From Nitrospiraceae bacterium (GTDB taxonomy: Bacteria; Nitrospirota; Thermodesulfovibrionia; UBA6902): 64,000 nucleotides of DNA. The notes below the pieces were generated by a model. It had not been told where the DNA came from and made no database searches. It worked only from the letters and a program-made list of their open reading frames with translations. Below, piece after piece: positions 36,486 through 46,485 of this stretch (positions are counted from its first letter, which is position 1; each line of letters starts with the position of its first letter). The stretch is taken from NCBI GenBank assembly GCA_003599505.1, contig QZKO01000067.1:37114-101113 (forward strand), read 5' to 3'. A program made the translations under genes and the position numbers.

Positions 36486-39191
36486 CTAAAACGCATGTCC
36501 GAAGCTGTAATGGATCTCTCCTGAGCTCTCCCCGGGCTCCCTGTTCATTTTGCGTCCATAGTCCACCCTGAAAGGCCCTACAGGCGTTCTGTATCTCAGG
36601 CCGATCCCGGCCGTATATTTCAGTTCATCTTTTATGTCTTCAAATAATTGCCATACGTTGCCGGCGTCCAGAAAAGTCACCAGACCAAACCCTTTCCCGA
36701 GGGCGACCCTGAATTCTCCGTTCATAAGCGCGAAGATATTCCCGCCGGTCGGGGTGTTGTTAATTCCCTTCGGCCCCAGAGTGTCGTTGCTGTACCCCCT
36801 TACCGTGGTCCTGCCCCCGAGGAAAAACCTTTCGACAAGGGGCAGCTCTTTTATATTGTCATAACTGAAAGCCGCGCCGCCCCGAAGGGAGAAGGCAAAG
36901 ACGACCTTTCTGGTCACGGGGAAAAACCAGGAGCTCTGGAACGTCCCCTTGATGAAATCGGTCTCCGACAATAACGCGCGTGAGGCGATTTTCAGGACAA
37001 TCCCGTGCAGGGAGCCTGTCGCAGGATCAAAAGGGTCGTCGCGCGTGTCATAGAATATCGAAGGTGAAACGCTCCCTATCGCTATAGTCCCGGTGTCCTC
37101 AGGGCTCAGCACCACTCCCGGCGCGACATCATGCGTGTCGACAAAGGAATATTCATAGTTCAGCGCGGCCTTCCACTTTTTCCTTATTTCCTTTTCAAGG
37201 CCCGCCACAAAGCTCACCCTGTCGATCTCAAACAGCGTCTCATTGGTATCGATGTTGACCGACCTCGTGTCCTCCCGGATCAGGAGCATGTTCAGCGGCA
37301 CGTCGGGTTTATTCAGGAACCTCGGTTCCCTGAAACTTAATACTAACCTCTTCTCCACGGAGCTCGCTTCCGCCCTGAACCCCGCCTGCCTGTTATAGCC
37401 GCCGATATTGCGGTAGGTTATATCCAGCGCTCCCCTGAATTTTTCATAGTCGCCGTAGCCGAGGCTCACCTCCACGGAGCCGGCCTTCCCTTCTTTCAGG
37501 GAGACGAGCAGGTCTCTCTTAAGCTCGTCCTCTCCGGACGCCTCAGGCTCAAGGGACTCGATCGACACCTCGTTGAAAATACCGAGTTTGTAAAGCCGCT
37601 GTTTTATATTCAGCAGCTCTTCATAGTTGAATGTGTCTCCTTCCTTGACCGTGAATTCACGGTCGATTATCTTGGTCTTTGTCTTCCGGTTCCCGCGGTA
37701 GATGATCTTTCCTGTAACTGAAGGTTTGCCCTCTGTTATACTGAAAGTCAAAAAAGCGTTGTCATCTTCAATTATGCTCTCTACTTCCACGCGCGCGTCA
37801 ATGTAACCGTGTCTGCCGTAGAGTGAGAGGACCCTGTATCTGGCGTCCCCGATATCGACAATGTTATACGGGGCCTCCTCCTGAAGCTGCAGCGCGTCCT
37901 TTATTTCAGAAGCGCCGATACGCGCGTTGCCGGAAATCCCTATCTTCCTGATTCTTGTCTGCCCCCCTTCGCTTATCTTAATAGTCAGGTCCGCCTCGCT
38001 GCCGTCCGCCCGGAGCTCCTTCTCTGTTCCGGTTACGTCGGCCTTAAGATAACCGAGCGCATTATAAAATCTGACGATCGATTCCCCGGCAGACTCAAGG
38101 AGCGTATCGTCATAAGGTTTATCTTCCTGGAGCGGGACAATGCTTTTCAGGACTTCGGATGAAATACTGTTTCCCTCAAAGGTTATATTCCTGAGGATGA
38201 CCCTTTTGCCCTCAAAGAAAATAAAGGTGACCTTTACGACGTCGTCTTCAGTCTCTATCCCCGCGGCTATCTGGACATGAAAATATCCCCTGCTTAAATA
38301 TACGTTCCGCATGCGGTCCAGCGCCTCCTGTACGGTCTCGTCCGTCACCCCCTGGTCTTCATAGAAAGGGACTTCTTCCCTGAGCTTCTTTTCGCCGACG
38401 GAATTATTGCCCTTAAAGTACAGCTCCACCCTCCGGCCTTTTCTGACGGGGATTATGAGTCTTCCGTCGATGAGCTCGTACGGTCCGACCTCCGGACGAA
38501 TATAATCCTGTTTTCTGAAATAATCCTCCAGTCTCTTCATGTCCCGGTCCAGGATGTCCCTGTTTAAAATATCTCCTTCCGAAATCCTCAGTAACTCCCT
38601 CGCGTCATCAGGCGTTTCAATGGTTTCTATAATAAGGGGGCTCCCTTCATCAATATGGACGCGCAGGCTGACCTCGGACGTTATTTCTGTTTTCTCCGCT
38701 GAAACGGTTACAGAGGCGGCAGGGAACCCTTCCCTTACGCAGAAATCGAGCAGGTCTGTCTTTGCCTTCTCCAGATACTCCTCCCTGAAATCTTCTCCTT
38801 CTTTATAGGGAAGGACCTTTTTAATTTTCTTCCCGGATATATTACTGTTTCCTTCAACCAGAATATTTTTAACAAGCGGGATTTCATCGACGATGTATTT
38901 CAGCATGATCCCGTCTTCATAAGGGGCTGATACAGCCTTTATATCGTAGAAAAGGCCCTTTTCAAAGGCCCTCCTGATGCCGTTCCTCAACGCTTCTCTG
39001 TCGAGGACAGCGCCCTTTTTGAAACATATAATGTCTGTCAGCTCCTTTTCAGGCATCCGGGTCAGGCCTTCCACCTCAATCGCCTTTATTATTTCAGGGG
39101 AATCCTGGGCGAAAGCCGGAAAGGAAACAAGACACAGGAGTGTCAGAATGCAGAATATAATAAGCCTGTCAATGTGTCTGTAATCCGTCAT
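36486..39191 (-). CDS. Second Omp85 family protein (TamA/BamA-like, many POTRA domains)
   Basis: POTRA repeats, RFFLGGRTTVRGY, YRTPVGPFRVDYG, terminal Phe; adjacent to tamB; likely ATG 39191. Confidence 0.88.
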   Translation of the reverse strand: MTDYRHIDRLIIFCILTLLCLVSFPAFAQDSPEIIKAIEVEGLTRMPEKELTDIICFKKGAVLDREALRNGIRRAFEKGLFYDIKAVSAPYEDGIMLKYIVDEIPLVKNILVEGNSNISGKKIKKVLPYKEGEDFREEYLEKAKTDLLDFCVREGFPAASVTVSAEKTEITSEVSLRVHIDEGSPLIIETIETPDDARELLRISEGDILNRDILDRDMKRLEDYFRKQDYIRPEVGPYELIDGRLIIPVRKGRRVELYFKGNNSVGEKKLREEVPFYEDQGVTDETVQEALDRMRNVYLSRGYFHVQIAAGIETEDDVVKVTFIFFEGKRVILRNITFEGNSISSEVLKSIVPLQEDKPYDDTLLESAGESIVRFYNALGYLKADVTGTEKELRADGSEADLTIKISEGGQTRIRKIGISGNARIGASEIKDALQLQEEAPYNIVDIGDARYRVLSLYGRHGYIDARVEVESIIEDDNAFLTFSITEGKPSVTGKIIYRGNRKTKTKIIDREFTVKEGDTFNYEELLNIKQRLYKLGIFNEVSIESLEPEASGEDELKRDLLVSLKEGKAGSVEVSLGYGDYEKFRGALDITYRNIGGYNRQAGFRAEASSVEKRLVLSFREPRFLNKPDVPLNMLLIREDTRSVNIDTNETLFEIDRVSFVAGLEKEIRKKWKAALNYEYSFVDTHDVAPGVVLSPEDTGTIAIGSVSPSIFYDTRDDPFDPATGSLHGIVLKIASRALLSETDFIKGTFQSSWFFPVTRKVVFAFSLRGGAAFSYDNIKELPLVERFFLGGRTTVRGYSNDTLGPKGINNTPTGGNIFALMNGEFRVALGKGFGLVTFLDAGNVWQLFEDIKDELKYTAGIGLRYRTPVGPFRVDYGRKMNREPGESSGEIHYSFGHAF

Positions 39192-39198
39192 TTCTGAT

Positions 39199-42100
39199 TT
39201 ATTTAAACTCAAACCTGAACTTTACGTCTCCCCCTACGCTGCCTATCTCGTCTTTTGACCCTACAAGGGAAATATTTTTATCGACCCTGTATTCAAGCCT
39301 GATGACGCTCTCCTCCGTTGTCCCGACCGATGTAGAATATATAACGAACAATTTATCTTCAAGGAGGCGCTTCCCCACGGTCACTTTCGGCGCCACCGCT
39401 CCGGCAGTAGTGGTGCCCGGCTCTATCCTGAACCGCTCAAAGCCGGTGATGCCCCTGAACTTCTCCTGCACCACATCCTGAAGCCCGCCTGTCAGTATCG
39501 AAGCGGCCTCACTCGCGGCAATGCCGCTTTCAATGCCTCTTGAATCCCTCGTTGCCTGTCCGAACGTCAGGAGGTTGAGTATCTCCATCTCGCTTAGGGG
39601 GGGGTCCGAAAAAAGGGCCAGGGTAAATTTGTCCGCGGTCCCGTCAAGGTTCAGCTTTATATAATATTCGCCGGTATACGTCTCGGCAAGGAGATGGAAG
39701 ACTGGGGTAAACTTGGCCGGGTCGATAAAATCCACATTGCTGCCCTCAAGGATTTTGAATTCGCTGCTTCTGAAATATATGGTCCCCTCACGGGCTTCGA
39801 CCCTGCCGATAAGTCCTGGTCTTGTTACGTTCCCCGTGAGTGTGACGGCTATTTGTACCGGCGCCCTGGCGGTGTTGTTATCGATAATTATATTGTCGGC
39901 CCCTGCAATGTGTACGTTCAATTCAGTGTCCTTCAGGAAGGCCGGGTAACGCACGGGCTCCCTGCTTATCTCCCTGAGGTTGACAAGCCACTTGTTCCAC
40001 TCTATGTCCTTCCCGTACCGCGCCTTCTTTATATCGACATTCCCGGACAGAGCGGAGCCTTTTTCCGAGGTCTCATAAAAAAGCCTGCCGTCCATAACGG
40101 CGCTGACCTTCTCAAGGGGTTTTATATTAATTCCCGCAAACGTGGAAGAAAGGAAAACCCTCTTGACCGAGACCCCCTTGAGGTACCCGATGCCGGACAT
40201 GATTATGCTGCCGCCTCCGAAGCCGGCCTTTACGGAATCAAATATGAACCTGTCTTTTTTAAGAAAAACGGTACCGTTCAGCGGCCCCGCCTTATAGGGG
40301 TATTCAGTGAGGGACAGGACCGCGTCATTCAAATTTACTTCCCCGCCGATATCGGGGGAGTCCCAGGGACCTGTTATATCGGCGGAAAAATCACCCTGCC
40401 CTTTTATGGACACAAGTTTGTCGGACAATATTTTCAGCGGGGCCAGATTCAGGTTCCCCTTCACTTTTATGTCGAGCTGCTCATCGGGCTTCAGCGCCCC
40501 GGAGGCAGTCAGTTTTACATGGTCTCCCTCCAGCGAAAATGATTTAATCGCGAAGTTCCGGTCCGCGAGCTCCAGGACCAGATCGCCTGCATTCCTGAAG
40601 TTGTATCCGTATAGGGTGCAGCTCAGGTAACCGAACCTTGACAGCAGCGAAACCCTGCCGCCCTCGCCTTTTATCCTGACCTTCCCCTCGAGGGAAAGCG
40701 CCAGGTCCTCAGGAGGAGTTTTAAAAAGACCCGACAACAGGAAATCGTAACTCCCTTCACGCACGTCGACATCCACGCTCCACCTTTTCTCAGGGGACAT
40801 AAAGGCCTTTGCGCCGGCAGTGACCTGGCCGTTCATGAAGGTCCCGCGCGCTGTAAAATCTTTCTCCTTCAGTCTCCCTTCTATTTCTCCCTTGCCTGTT
40901 TTAACGCCCCTGAACGTGCCTTCATGCAACTGCGCTGAAAACCTGATGTCCGGTTTTTCAAACGTCCCTGACCCTTCGACGGCAATACCGGAGACACCGC
41001 CGATAGACAGGCCGTGAAACAGATTGATATCGGACAGGTCGACCCTGTCGGAAGAAACAGAAAGGCTGAATTTCCCGTCAAAGAAAAGCTTGCCTTTAGC
41101 GTTAATCAGCGAACCGCCTTTTTGCGCGGTGATCGGGTAAAATTCCATATGCTCCGGCTGCATGACGGTCTTAACTGCGACTTTGTCAAAACGTTGTCCG
41201 TAGACTAAGCCGTCCCGGACCACAATATCTCCTTTGGCTGTATAATTCCCTGTGTCTCCTTCAAACGAGACAGTCCCGCTTGCAGAGCCTGATACGGGAA
41301 TGTCCCGATACAGCTCCGTAATAAACGGCTTCAGTCCCGCGTCTTTTAATACGGCCTTTGCCTTGTAATATGGCGCCTTAAAGGAAAACAGCCCTTCCGC
41401 TTTCCTGAATTCAATTGTCCCGGCAGCCTCATAGGACGCTTTCCCATCTGTAATGTTTATCGCCGGCGCCGTGAGGGAGCTTGTTCTGTAAATCAGGTCC
41501 GCGGACGCGCGCGTAAACTTCAGGCCATGGATATTGCCGGGGCCGGCCTCGAGACGCCCGGATATTTCAGGGTCATGAAGGTCCCCTTTCATTCTGCCTT
41601 TAAATGTCACGGGAGCGGTAAATTTCGTATAATACGGGTCCGTCAGGTCGGATATGTCCCTGCTGTCAAGCCGCGTATCAAGGCTTATCAATTTATCCCT
41701 GAGGTCTATATAGCCGTTGAGTAAAAGGTCCGAGGACTGAGTGGAGAGAACAGTGTCCTCGAGCATGAGGACCCCTTCTTTTAAATGGAGACCGCATTTT
41801 ATTTTATTCAGCCTGTCAGGCAGGTCCCCTTCCTTCACTGAAGTGTTAAGATAATCCGCCCTGGCCCTGACCTCGATATCCTCTCCGTGATTATGCGTCA
41901 GAAGAAAATGTCCGCTTATTTCCCCGGCGGGAAATGGAGGCTCCCATTCTATAAACCTGAAAAATTCCCGGCTGCCGACGCGGGTGATGTCCGCATCGAC
42001 CATGTAGTCGCCATGAGGCAGTGAAACAGACGCCTTCCCTTCCAGCTCCCCTTCATAAGCGCGCGCCCTGAAATTGCTCAGGGTAAATTTCCGGTCCCCG

Positions 42101-43158
42101 TATCCGACGTCCCCCGAGAGGTCGTCTATCCGGAGGCCGCCAAGCGTCGCGTCCCGGAGTTTCGCGGTCCCGCTGCCGGAAAGCTCAGGGAAGATCCCGG
42201 TAATCTTCCCCTTTACTGAAAGCGCGCCGGTGATATCTTCATCTACCTTTACCAGCTCCATCAGCGTTTCAAGATGGAAGCTGCTGTCTGTTTCCAGGTC
42301 AACGGCAAAGCGCGGCTTTTTCGACTCATTATCCATAGTCATGCCGACCCTGCCTTTAAACGATAATATCCCCTCTTTACCCGCTGTCAGATCAAAAAAC
42401 TTCTGTAACACATCTTCACGTATCTCGGCCTTCCCCGACAAACTGCCCTCTTCCGGATTCCCTTCGGGACCAAGACGCATTTCCCCTTTTGCCCGGAGAT
42501 ATGATTCCGAAGATTTTATGTCGATCCCCGCTATGTCTATACTGCCGTCTTTTATTCTCACTTTTCCGCCGATTTCTCCCCGGATTTCGGCAAGCCCGGG
42601 GGATTTTACAACCGCTTCGTTAACGCGCAGCCAGGCTGAGATATCGTTTTTTGTCGCCATTTCAAAAAAGACGCCGCTTCCCGACAGGGACATTCCTTTT
42701 GCGTTTTTTATATCGAACATTCCGTCCGTCAGCTCCACATTCCAGAGGCTGACCCGGTATTTCTGTTCACTGTCGCCGGACATGCTTTTCCTGATGTTGC
42801 CGATGACCCTCCTGATATCTTCCTCGTCCGACTGAAGGCCGGGCTCCTTGAAAGTCAGTTTCCTGATCCTGATTTCTTTTGAAAGCAGACCGAGCAGGTC
42901 GATGTACACCCTGCTTTTCACAATCCGCAGGAGCAGGTTGCCGTCGCCGTCAAATACCTTCAGCCCCTTGGCCTGGACGTAAAACGGCAAGAGGTTGATG
43001 ACGGCTTTATCTATAAGCACCCTTTCCCCTGTTACATTTTCAAGCGCCGGTATGATGAGTCTTTTTGTGTAATTCGAGAGATACGGCCCCCTCAGGAGGA
43101 AGAAAAGGACCGCGAACGCGAGGATTGCGCCGATGGTTATGGTCAATCTCTTTTTCAT
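39199..43158 (-). CDS. tamB: Translocation/assembly module TamB (DUF490)
   Basis: 1319 aa, N-terminal anchor, C-terminal VTVGKRL...LEYRVDKNISL...DVKFRFEFK. Confidence 0.85.
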   Translation of the reverse strand: MKKRLTITIGAILAFAVLFFLLRGPYLSNYTKRLIIPALENVTGERVLIDKAVINLLPFYVQAKGLKVFDGDGNLLLRIVKSRVYIDLLGLLSKEIRIRKLTFKEPGLQSDEEDIRRVIGNIRKSMSGDSEQKYRVSLWNVELTDGMFDIKNAKGMSLSGSGVFFEMATKNDISAWLRVNEAVVKSPGLAEIRGEIGGKVRIKDGSIDIAGIDIKSSESYLRAKGEMRLGPEGNPEEGSLSGKAEIREDVLQKFFDLTAGKEGILSFKGRVGMTMDNESKKPRFAVDLETDSSFHLETLMELVKVDEDITGALSVKGKITGIFPELSGSGTAKLRDATLGGLRIDDLSGDVGYGDRKFTLSNFRARAYEGELEGKASVSLPHGDYMVDADITRVGSREFFRFIEWEPPFPAGEISGHFLLTHNHGEDIEVRARADYLNTSVKEGDLPDRLNKIKCGLHLKEGVLMLEDTVLSTQSSDLLLNGYIDLRDKLISLDTRLDSRDISDLTDPYYTKFTAPVTFKGRMKGDLHDPEISGRLEAGPGNIHGLKFTRASADLIYRTSSLTAPAINITDGKASYEAAGTIEFRKAEGLFSFKAPYYKAKAVLKDAGLKPFITELYRDIPVSGSASGTVSFEGDTGNYTAKGDIVVRDGLVYGQRFDKVAVKTVMQPEHMEFYPITAQKGGSLINAKGKLFFDGKFSLSVSSDRVDLSDINLFHGLSIGGVSGIAVEGSGTFEKPDIRFSAQLHEGTFRGVKTGKGEIEGRLKEKDFTARGTFMNGQVTAGAKAFMSPEKRWSVDVDVREGSYDFLLSGLFKTPPEDLALSLEGKVRIKGEGGRVSLLSRFGYLSCTLYGYNFRNAGDLVLELADRNFAIKSFSLEGDHVKLTASGALKPDEQLDIKVKGNLNLAPLKILSDKLVSIKGQGDFSADITGPWDSPDIGGEVNLNDAVLSLTEYPYKAGPLNGTVFLKKDRFIFDSVKAGFGGGSIIMSGIGYLKGVSVKRVFLSSTFAGINIKPLEKVSAVMDGRLFYETSEKGSALSGNVDIKKARYGKDIEWNKWLVNLREISREPVRYPAFLKDTELNVHIAGADNIIIDNNTARAPVQIAVTLTGNVTRPGLIGRVEAREGTIYFRSSEFKILEGSNVDFIDPAKFTPVFHLLAETYTGEYYIKLNLDGTADKFTLALFSDPPLSEMEILNLLTFGQATRDSRGIESGIAASEAASILTGGLQDVVQEKFRGITGFERFRIEPGTTTAGAVAPKVTVGKRLLEDKLFVIYSTSVGTTEESVIRLEYRVDKNISLVGSKDEIGSVGGDVKFRFEFK

Positions 43159-43164
43159 ATTAAT

Positions 43165-44370
43165 CTACTCATATCTCAACGCATTAATGGGGTCCAGGGA
43201 GGCTGCACGGCGCGCTGGATAGACCCCGAAAAATATGCCCACCCCGGCGGAAAAGAAGAACGCCACCAGCACCGCCCACAGGCTCAGCTTTGTCGGCAGG
43301 AATGTTATGAAGACAGGGATCAGCAGGCTTAAGGCGGAGCCTAAAAAAATTCCGGTCAGTCCCCCGGCCATACTGAGAACAACCGCCTCCGCCATGAACT
43401 GTAACAGGATGTCCCTTCTTTTCGCGCCGACGGCCTTGCGCAGGCCTATCTCGCGCGTCCTTTCCTTGACCGAAACGAGCATGATATTCATAATACCTAT
43501 TCCTCCCACAATAAGGGAAACGGAGGCGATGCCCGCCAGGACAGCGGTCATGATCCTGAAGACCTTCTCCATGACGTTGAGCATCTCGTCCTGGCTCAAT
43601 ATGGTAAAATCCTCCTCGCCGGCATGTTTCCTGATCAGGGTGTCTCTGATGTCCTTCTTCGCATTCGGGATATCGCTTTCATTCCTCACCTTCACTGTAA
43701 TATTGAACAGCGCGTCGGTATCGAAAATATCCATTGCCGCCGTAACAGGCACGAATACGATGTCGTCGATATCAAAACCGAGGGTAACGCCCTTGGGAGC
43801 CATAAGCCCTACTACACGGAATTTGCTTTCCCCTATTGTAAGAAGCGAGCCGAGAGGGTTGGCGTCTCCGAATATCTCCCGTTTTACCGTCCTGCCCATG
43901 ACGACGACGTGCCTTCTCAGGTCGACTTCGGATTCATTAATAAAACGCCCGCTGTCGATTGAAAGATTTCTCGCGGCAAAGTAATTCTCGGTCACTCCGA
44001 CCACATATGAATTCCGGTTCCTGTTTTTATGCTTTATCAGGGAAGTCCCCACAAGGACGGGAACGGAGTACTCAATGGAGCGCGACCGCCTCTTTATCAT
44101 CAGCGCGTCATCATAGGAAAGTTTTCTCACAACGCTTGTGCCCATATGCGTGCCGCCTTCCTTCGCTGTCCTGCCCGGCACCACAACGAGTATGTTCGAG
44201 CCGAGCCCGCTGAACTCGTCCCTGATATATTTTCTGGCGCCTTCTCCGATAGATACCATAAGTATCACGGCCGTCACGCCGATGATTACGCCGAGGACTG
44301 TAAGAAACGCCCTGCCCCTGTTGATAAGGAGCGTTTCACGCGACATTTTTAAAATTTCAACGAGGTTCAT
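43165..44370 (-). CDS. MacB/FtsX-like ABC permease
   Basis: GGIGIMNIMLVSVKERTREIGLRKAVGA; YPARRAASLDPINALRYE. Confidence 0.93.
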   Translation of the reverse strand: MNLVEILKMSRETLLINRGRAFLTVLGVIIGVTAVILMVSIGEGARKYIRDEFSGLGSNILVVVPGRTAKEGGTHMGTSVVRKLSYDDALMIKRRSRSIEYSVPVLVGTSLIKHKNRNRNSYVVGVTENYFAARNLSIDSGRFINESEVDLRRHVVVMGRTVKREIFGDANPLGSLLTIGESKFRVVGLMAPKGVTLGFDIDDIVFVPVTAAMDIFDTDALFNITVKVRNESDIPNAKKDIRDTLIRKHAGEEDFTILSQDEMLNVMEKVFRIMTAVLAGIASVSLIVGGIGIMNIMLVSVKERTREIGLRKAVGAKRRDILLQFMAEAVVLSMAGGLTGIFLGSALSLLIPVFITFLPTKLSLWAVLVAFFFSAGVGIFFGVYPARRAASLDPINALRYE

Positions 44371-44400
44371 TACTCATTACTCATTGTTAATTACTCATTA
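44370..44400 (+). repeat. (TTACTCA)4 heptamer run at ATPase/permease junction
   Basis: TTACTCA TTACTCA TTGTTAA TTACTCA TTA. Confidence 0.8.
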
Positions 44401-45059
44401 TAAACAACCCCGTCATGGATTGTTATAACACGCTTTGCTTCCCCGGCGATCTCCGTTTCATGGGTAACAAGGATAATGGTAATGCCCTCTTCGTTCAGTT
44501 TCCTGACGATATCCATAATCTCCATGCCTGAACGGCTGTCGAGGTTCCCTGTCGGCTCATCGGCGAGCAGCACCTTCGGCTGCATTACGAGCGCGCGCGC
44601 GATAGCAACCCTCTGCTGCTCTCCGCCGCTGAGCTCCGCAGGCGTATGGTCCTTCCTGCCGGCAATGCCGACCTTTTCGAGCATTTCCACTGCCAGCGCC
44701 TCGCGTTTATCTTTAGGGATATTAGCGTAAAGCATTGGGATTTCAACGTTTTTACATGCGCGATACCTCGGCAGGAGATTGAAGGTCTGAAAAACAAAAC
44801 CGAATCTCCCGTTTCTCAGTCCCGCTAATTCATCGTCGGATTTGGCCTTGATATCAGAGCCTTCAAAAAGATAGGTCCCCGAGGTCTGTCTGTCAAGACA
44901 TCCGATTATGTTCAGGAGGGTAGATTTTCCCGACCCGGAACGGCCCATTATCGCTACAAAATCCCCTGCCCCTACATCAAGGTTAACGCCCTTCAACACC
45001 TCAAGGGAAATCTTCCCTGACAGGTAACTCTTCCTGATATCTTTAAGGCTGATTAACAA
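44391..45059 (-). CDS. ABC transporter ATP-binding protein (MacB/LolD-like)
   Basis: GRSGSGKST, LSGGEQQR, LLADEPTGNLD. Confidence 0.95.
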   Translation of the reverse strand: MLISLKDIRKSYLSGKISLEVLKGVNLDVGAGDFVAIMGRSGSGKSTLLNIIGCLDRQTSGTYLFEGSDIKAKSDDELAGLRNGRFGFVFQTFNLLPRYRACKNVEIPMLYANIPKDKREALAVEMLEKVGIAGRKDHTPAELSGGEQQRVAIARALVMQPKVLLADEPTGNLDSRSGMEIMDIVRKLNEEGITIILVTHETEIAGEAKRVITIHDGVVYNE

Positions 45060-46128
45060 CGCTTATTCTCATCCCCTCCCTGAACCCCGGAATGTCGGGC
45101 GTAAAAATTACAGTCTCACCTTCTGTCAACCCTTTCCTGATTTCTGTAAAATTCCAGTTATACAGTCCGGCGCTGACCTTTCTCTTTTTTGCCTTCCCCT
45201 GTTCATTGACATACACGAATTGTTCTCCCCTCTCTTCCATGACCGCCTGTGAAGGTATTACAAGGACGTCTGCCGCTAACCCGGTCACAATTTCCACGTC
45301 GGCCGACATACCGGGTTTCAGGACCACATCCCCCCCGGGTCTTGAGACCCTCACCTCGAAGGTCCTTGTTTCCTGTTTCGCGCCTGTTACAATCGGTGAT
45401 ATCCTTGTTACTTTTCCGGAAAATATTTTTTCCGGATAGGCGTCCATGGTAATCCTTACGTCCTGCCCGAGCGCGACCCCGCCGACATCGGCTTCATCCA
45501 CCGGCACGGAGACGTAAAGTGAATCAGGGTCTACAACAGCCGCGATCTTCAGGCCTGTCGATACTGTATCGCCGACATCGACAAACCTTTCAGCGACTAC
45601 CCCGCCTGCCGAGGTTTTCACGAAAGAATAATCGTACTGCAACTGAAACGCGTCCCTTGTCGCCTTCGCGCTTTTGAGAGCGGCCCCTGAGAAGCGCAGC
45701 CTGGTCTCCACATCCTCAAACTGCTGCCTGGTTATGAGATTTTCCTTATAGAGGGATTCCTTTCTTTGATATTCCGTCATCACCCCTGAGAGGTTCACCT
45801 CGGCCTGGGTCAAATCCGCCTCCGCTTTCCTGAGGTCGGCCAGGACCCCTGATTCATCCAGCGTTGCGACAAGGCTGCCCGCCCTGACGCTGTCACCCTC
45901 TTCAAAATAAAGGCGCGTTATCATGCCGCTGCGCTGAGCGGTAACGCTTACCTCTGTTACAGACCTGATTACTCCAGTGGAAGTGCCTGTTACAGTGGTC
46001 TCAATATTCTGCCTTTTAACCGGCGCCCCTTTTACTTCAACAGGGCTGAGCGTTTTTTTATAGATAAAGAACCCTGAAACGCCGATTAATACAATCAGTA
46101 TCCACAGCCCGGGTTTTCTGAAAATAAT
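45043..46128 (-). CDS. Membrane fusion protein (MacA/HlyD-like); frame extends 68 codons upstream of first ATG
   Basis: Lipoyl-like and coiled-coil segments; upstream in-frame TM anchor; GAGGAGG 5 nt before ATT at 46128; in-frame TGA at 46147-46149. Confidence 0.8.
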   Translation of the reverse strand: MIFRKPGLWILIVLIGVSGFFIYKKTLSPVEVKGAPVKRQNIETTVTGTSTGVIRSVTEVSVTAQRSGMITRLYFEEGDSVRAGSLVATLDESGVLADLRKAEADLTQAEVNLSGVMTEYQRKESLYKENLITRQQFEDVETRLRFSGAALKSAKATRDAFQLQYDYSFVKTSAGGVVAERFVDVGDTVSTGLKIAAVVDPDSLYVSVPVDEADVGGVALGQDVRITMDAYPEKIFSGKVTRISPIVTGAKQETRTFEVRVSRPGGDVVLKPGMSADVEIVTGLAADVLVIPSQAVMEERGEQFVYVNEQGKAKKRKVSAGLYNWNFTEIRKGLTEGETVIFTPDIPGFREGMRISVVNQP

Positions 46129-46257
46129 CGGATCCTCCTCGCGCTGTCACCCGACAACTTGCAGATGATCGCTTTTTTTGTCTATAATCCTACACTCAAA
46201 AAGCGCTAAATGTTATAATACCTGACCCTGTGGATAAGGGTCAATTTAAGGTTACAG

Positions 46258-46318
46258 GCTATAAGCTGTAAGCTGTTAGTTGTAAGCCAATAGCTAATAG
46301 CTTACAGCTTATAGCTAA
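46258..46318 (+). repeat. Self-complementary run of about 9 heptamers just upstream of the tRNA
   Basis: GCTATAA GCTGTAA GCTGTTA GTTGTAA GCCAATA GCTAATA GCTTACA GCTTATA GCTAA. Confidence 0.88.
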
Positions 46319-46325
46319 GAAATGA

Positions 46326-46401
46326 GGGCGGTTAGCTCAGCTGGGAGAGCACCACGTTCGCAACGTGGGGGTCGAGGGTTCGAATCCCTTACCGTCCACC
46401 A
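46326..46401 (+). tRNA. tRNA-Ala (CGC)
   Basis: 76-nt cloverleaf, anticodon arm CCACG-TTCGCAA-CGTGG, G3:U70 pair, TTCGAAT, encoded CCA. Confidence 0.97.
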
Positions 46402-46485
46402 TTCCCCCCTGTCATTTTTCCCCTTGCCGTTTAACGCAGGTTTGCTTAAAATTATGCATAGCCTGTCAAGAGGGGGGAGCATATT

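Noticed and set aside
46258-46318. Microrepeat runs as CRISPR-like arrays
   Set aside because: Units are contiguous 7-mers with no spacers
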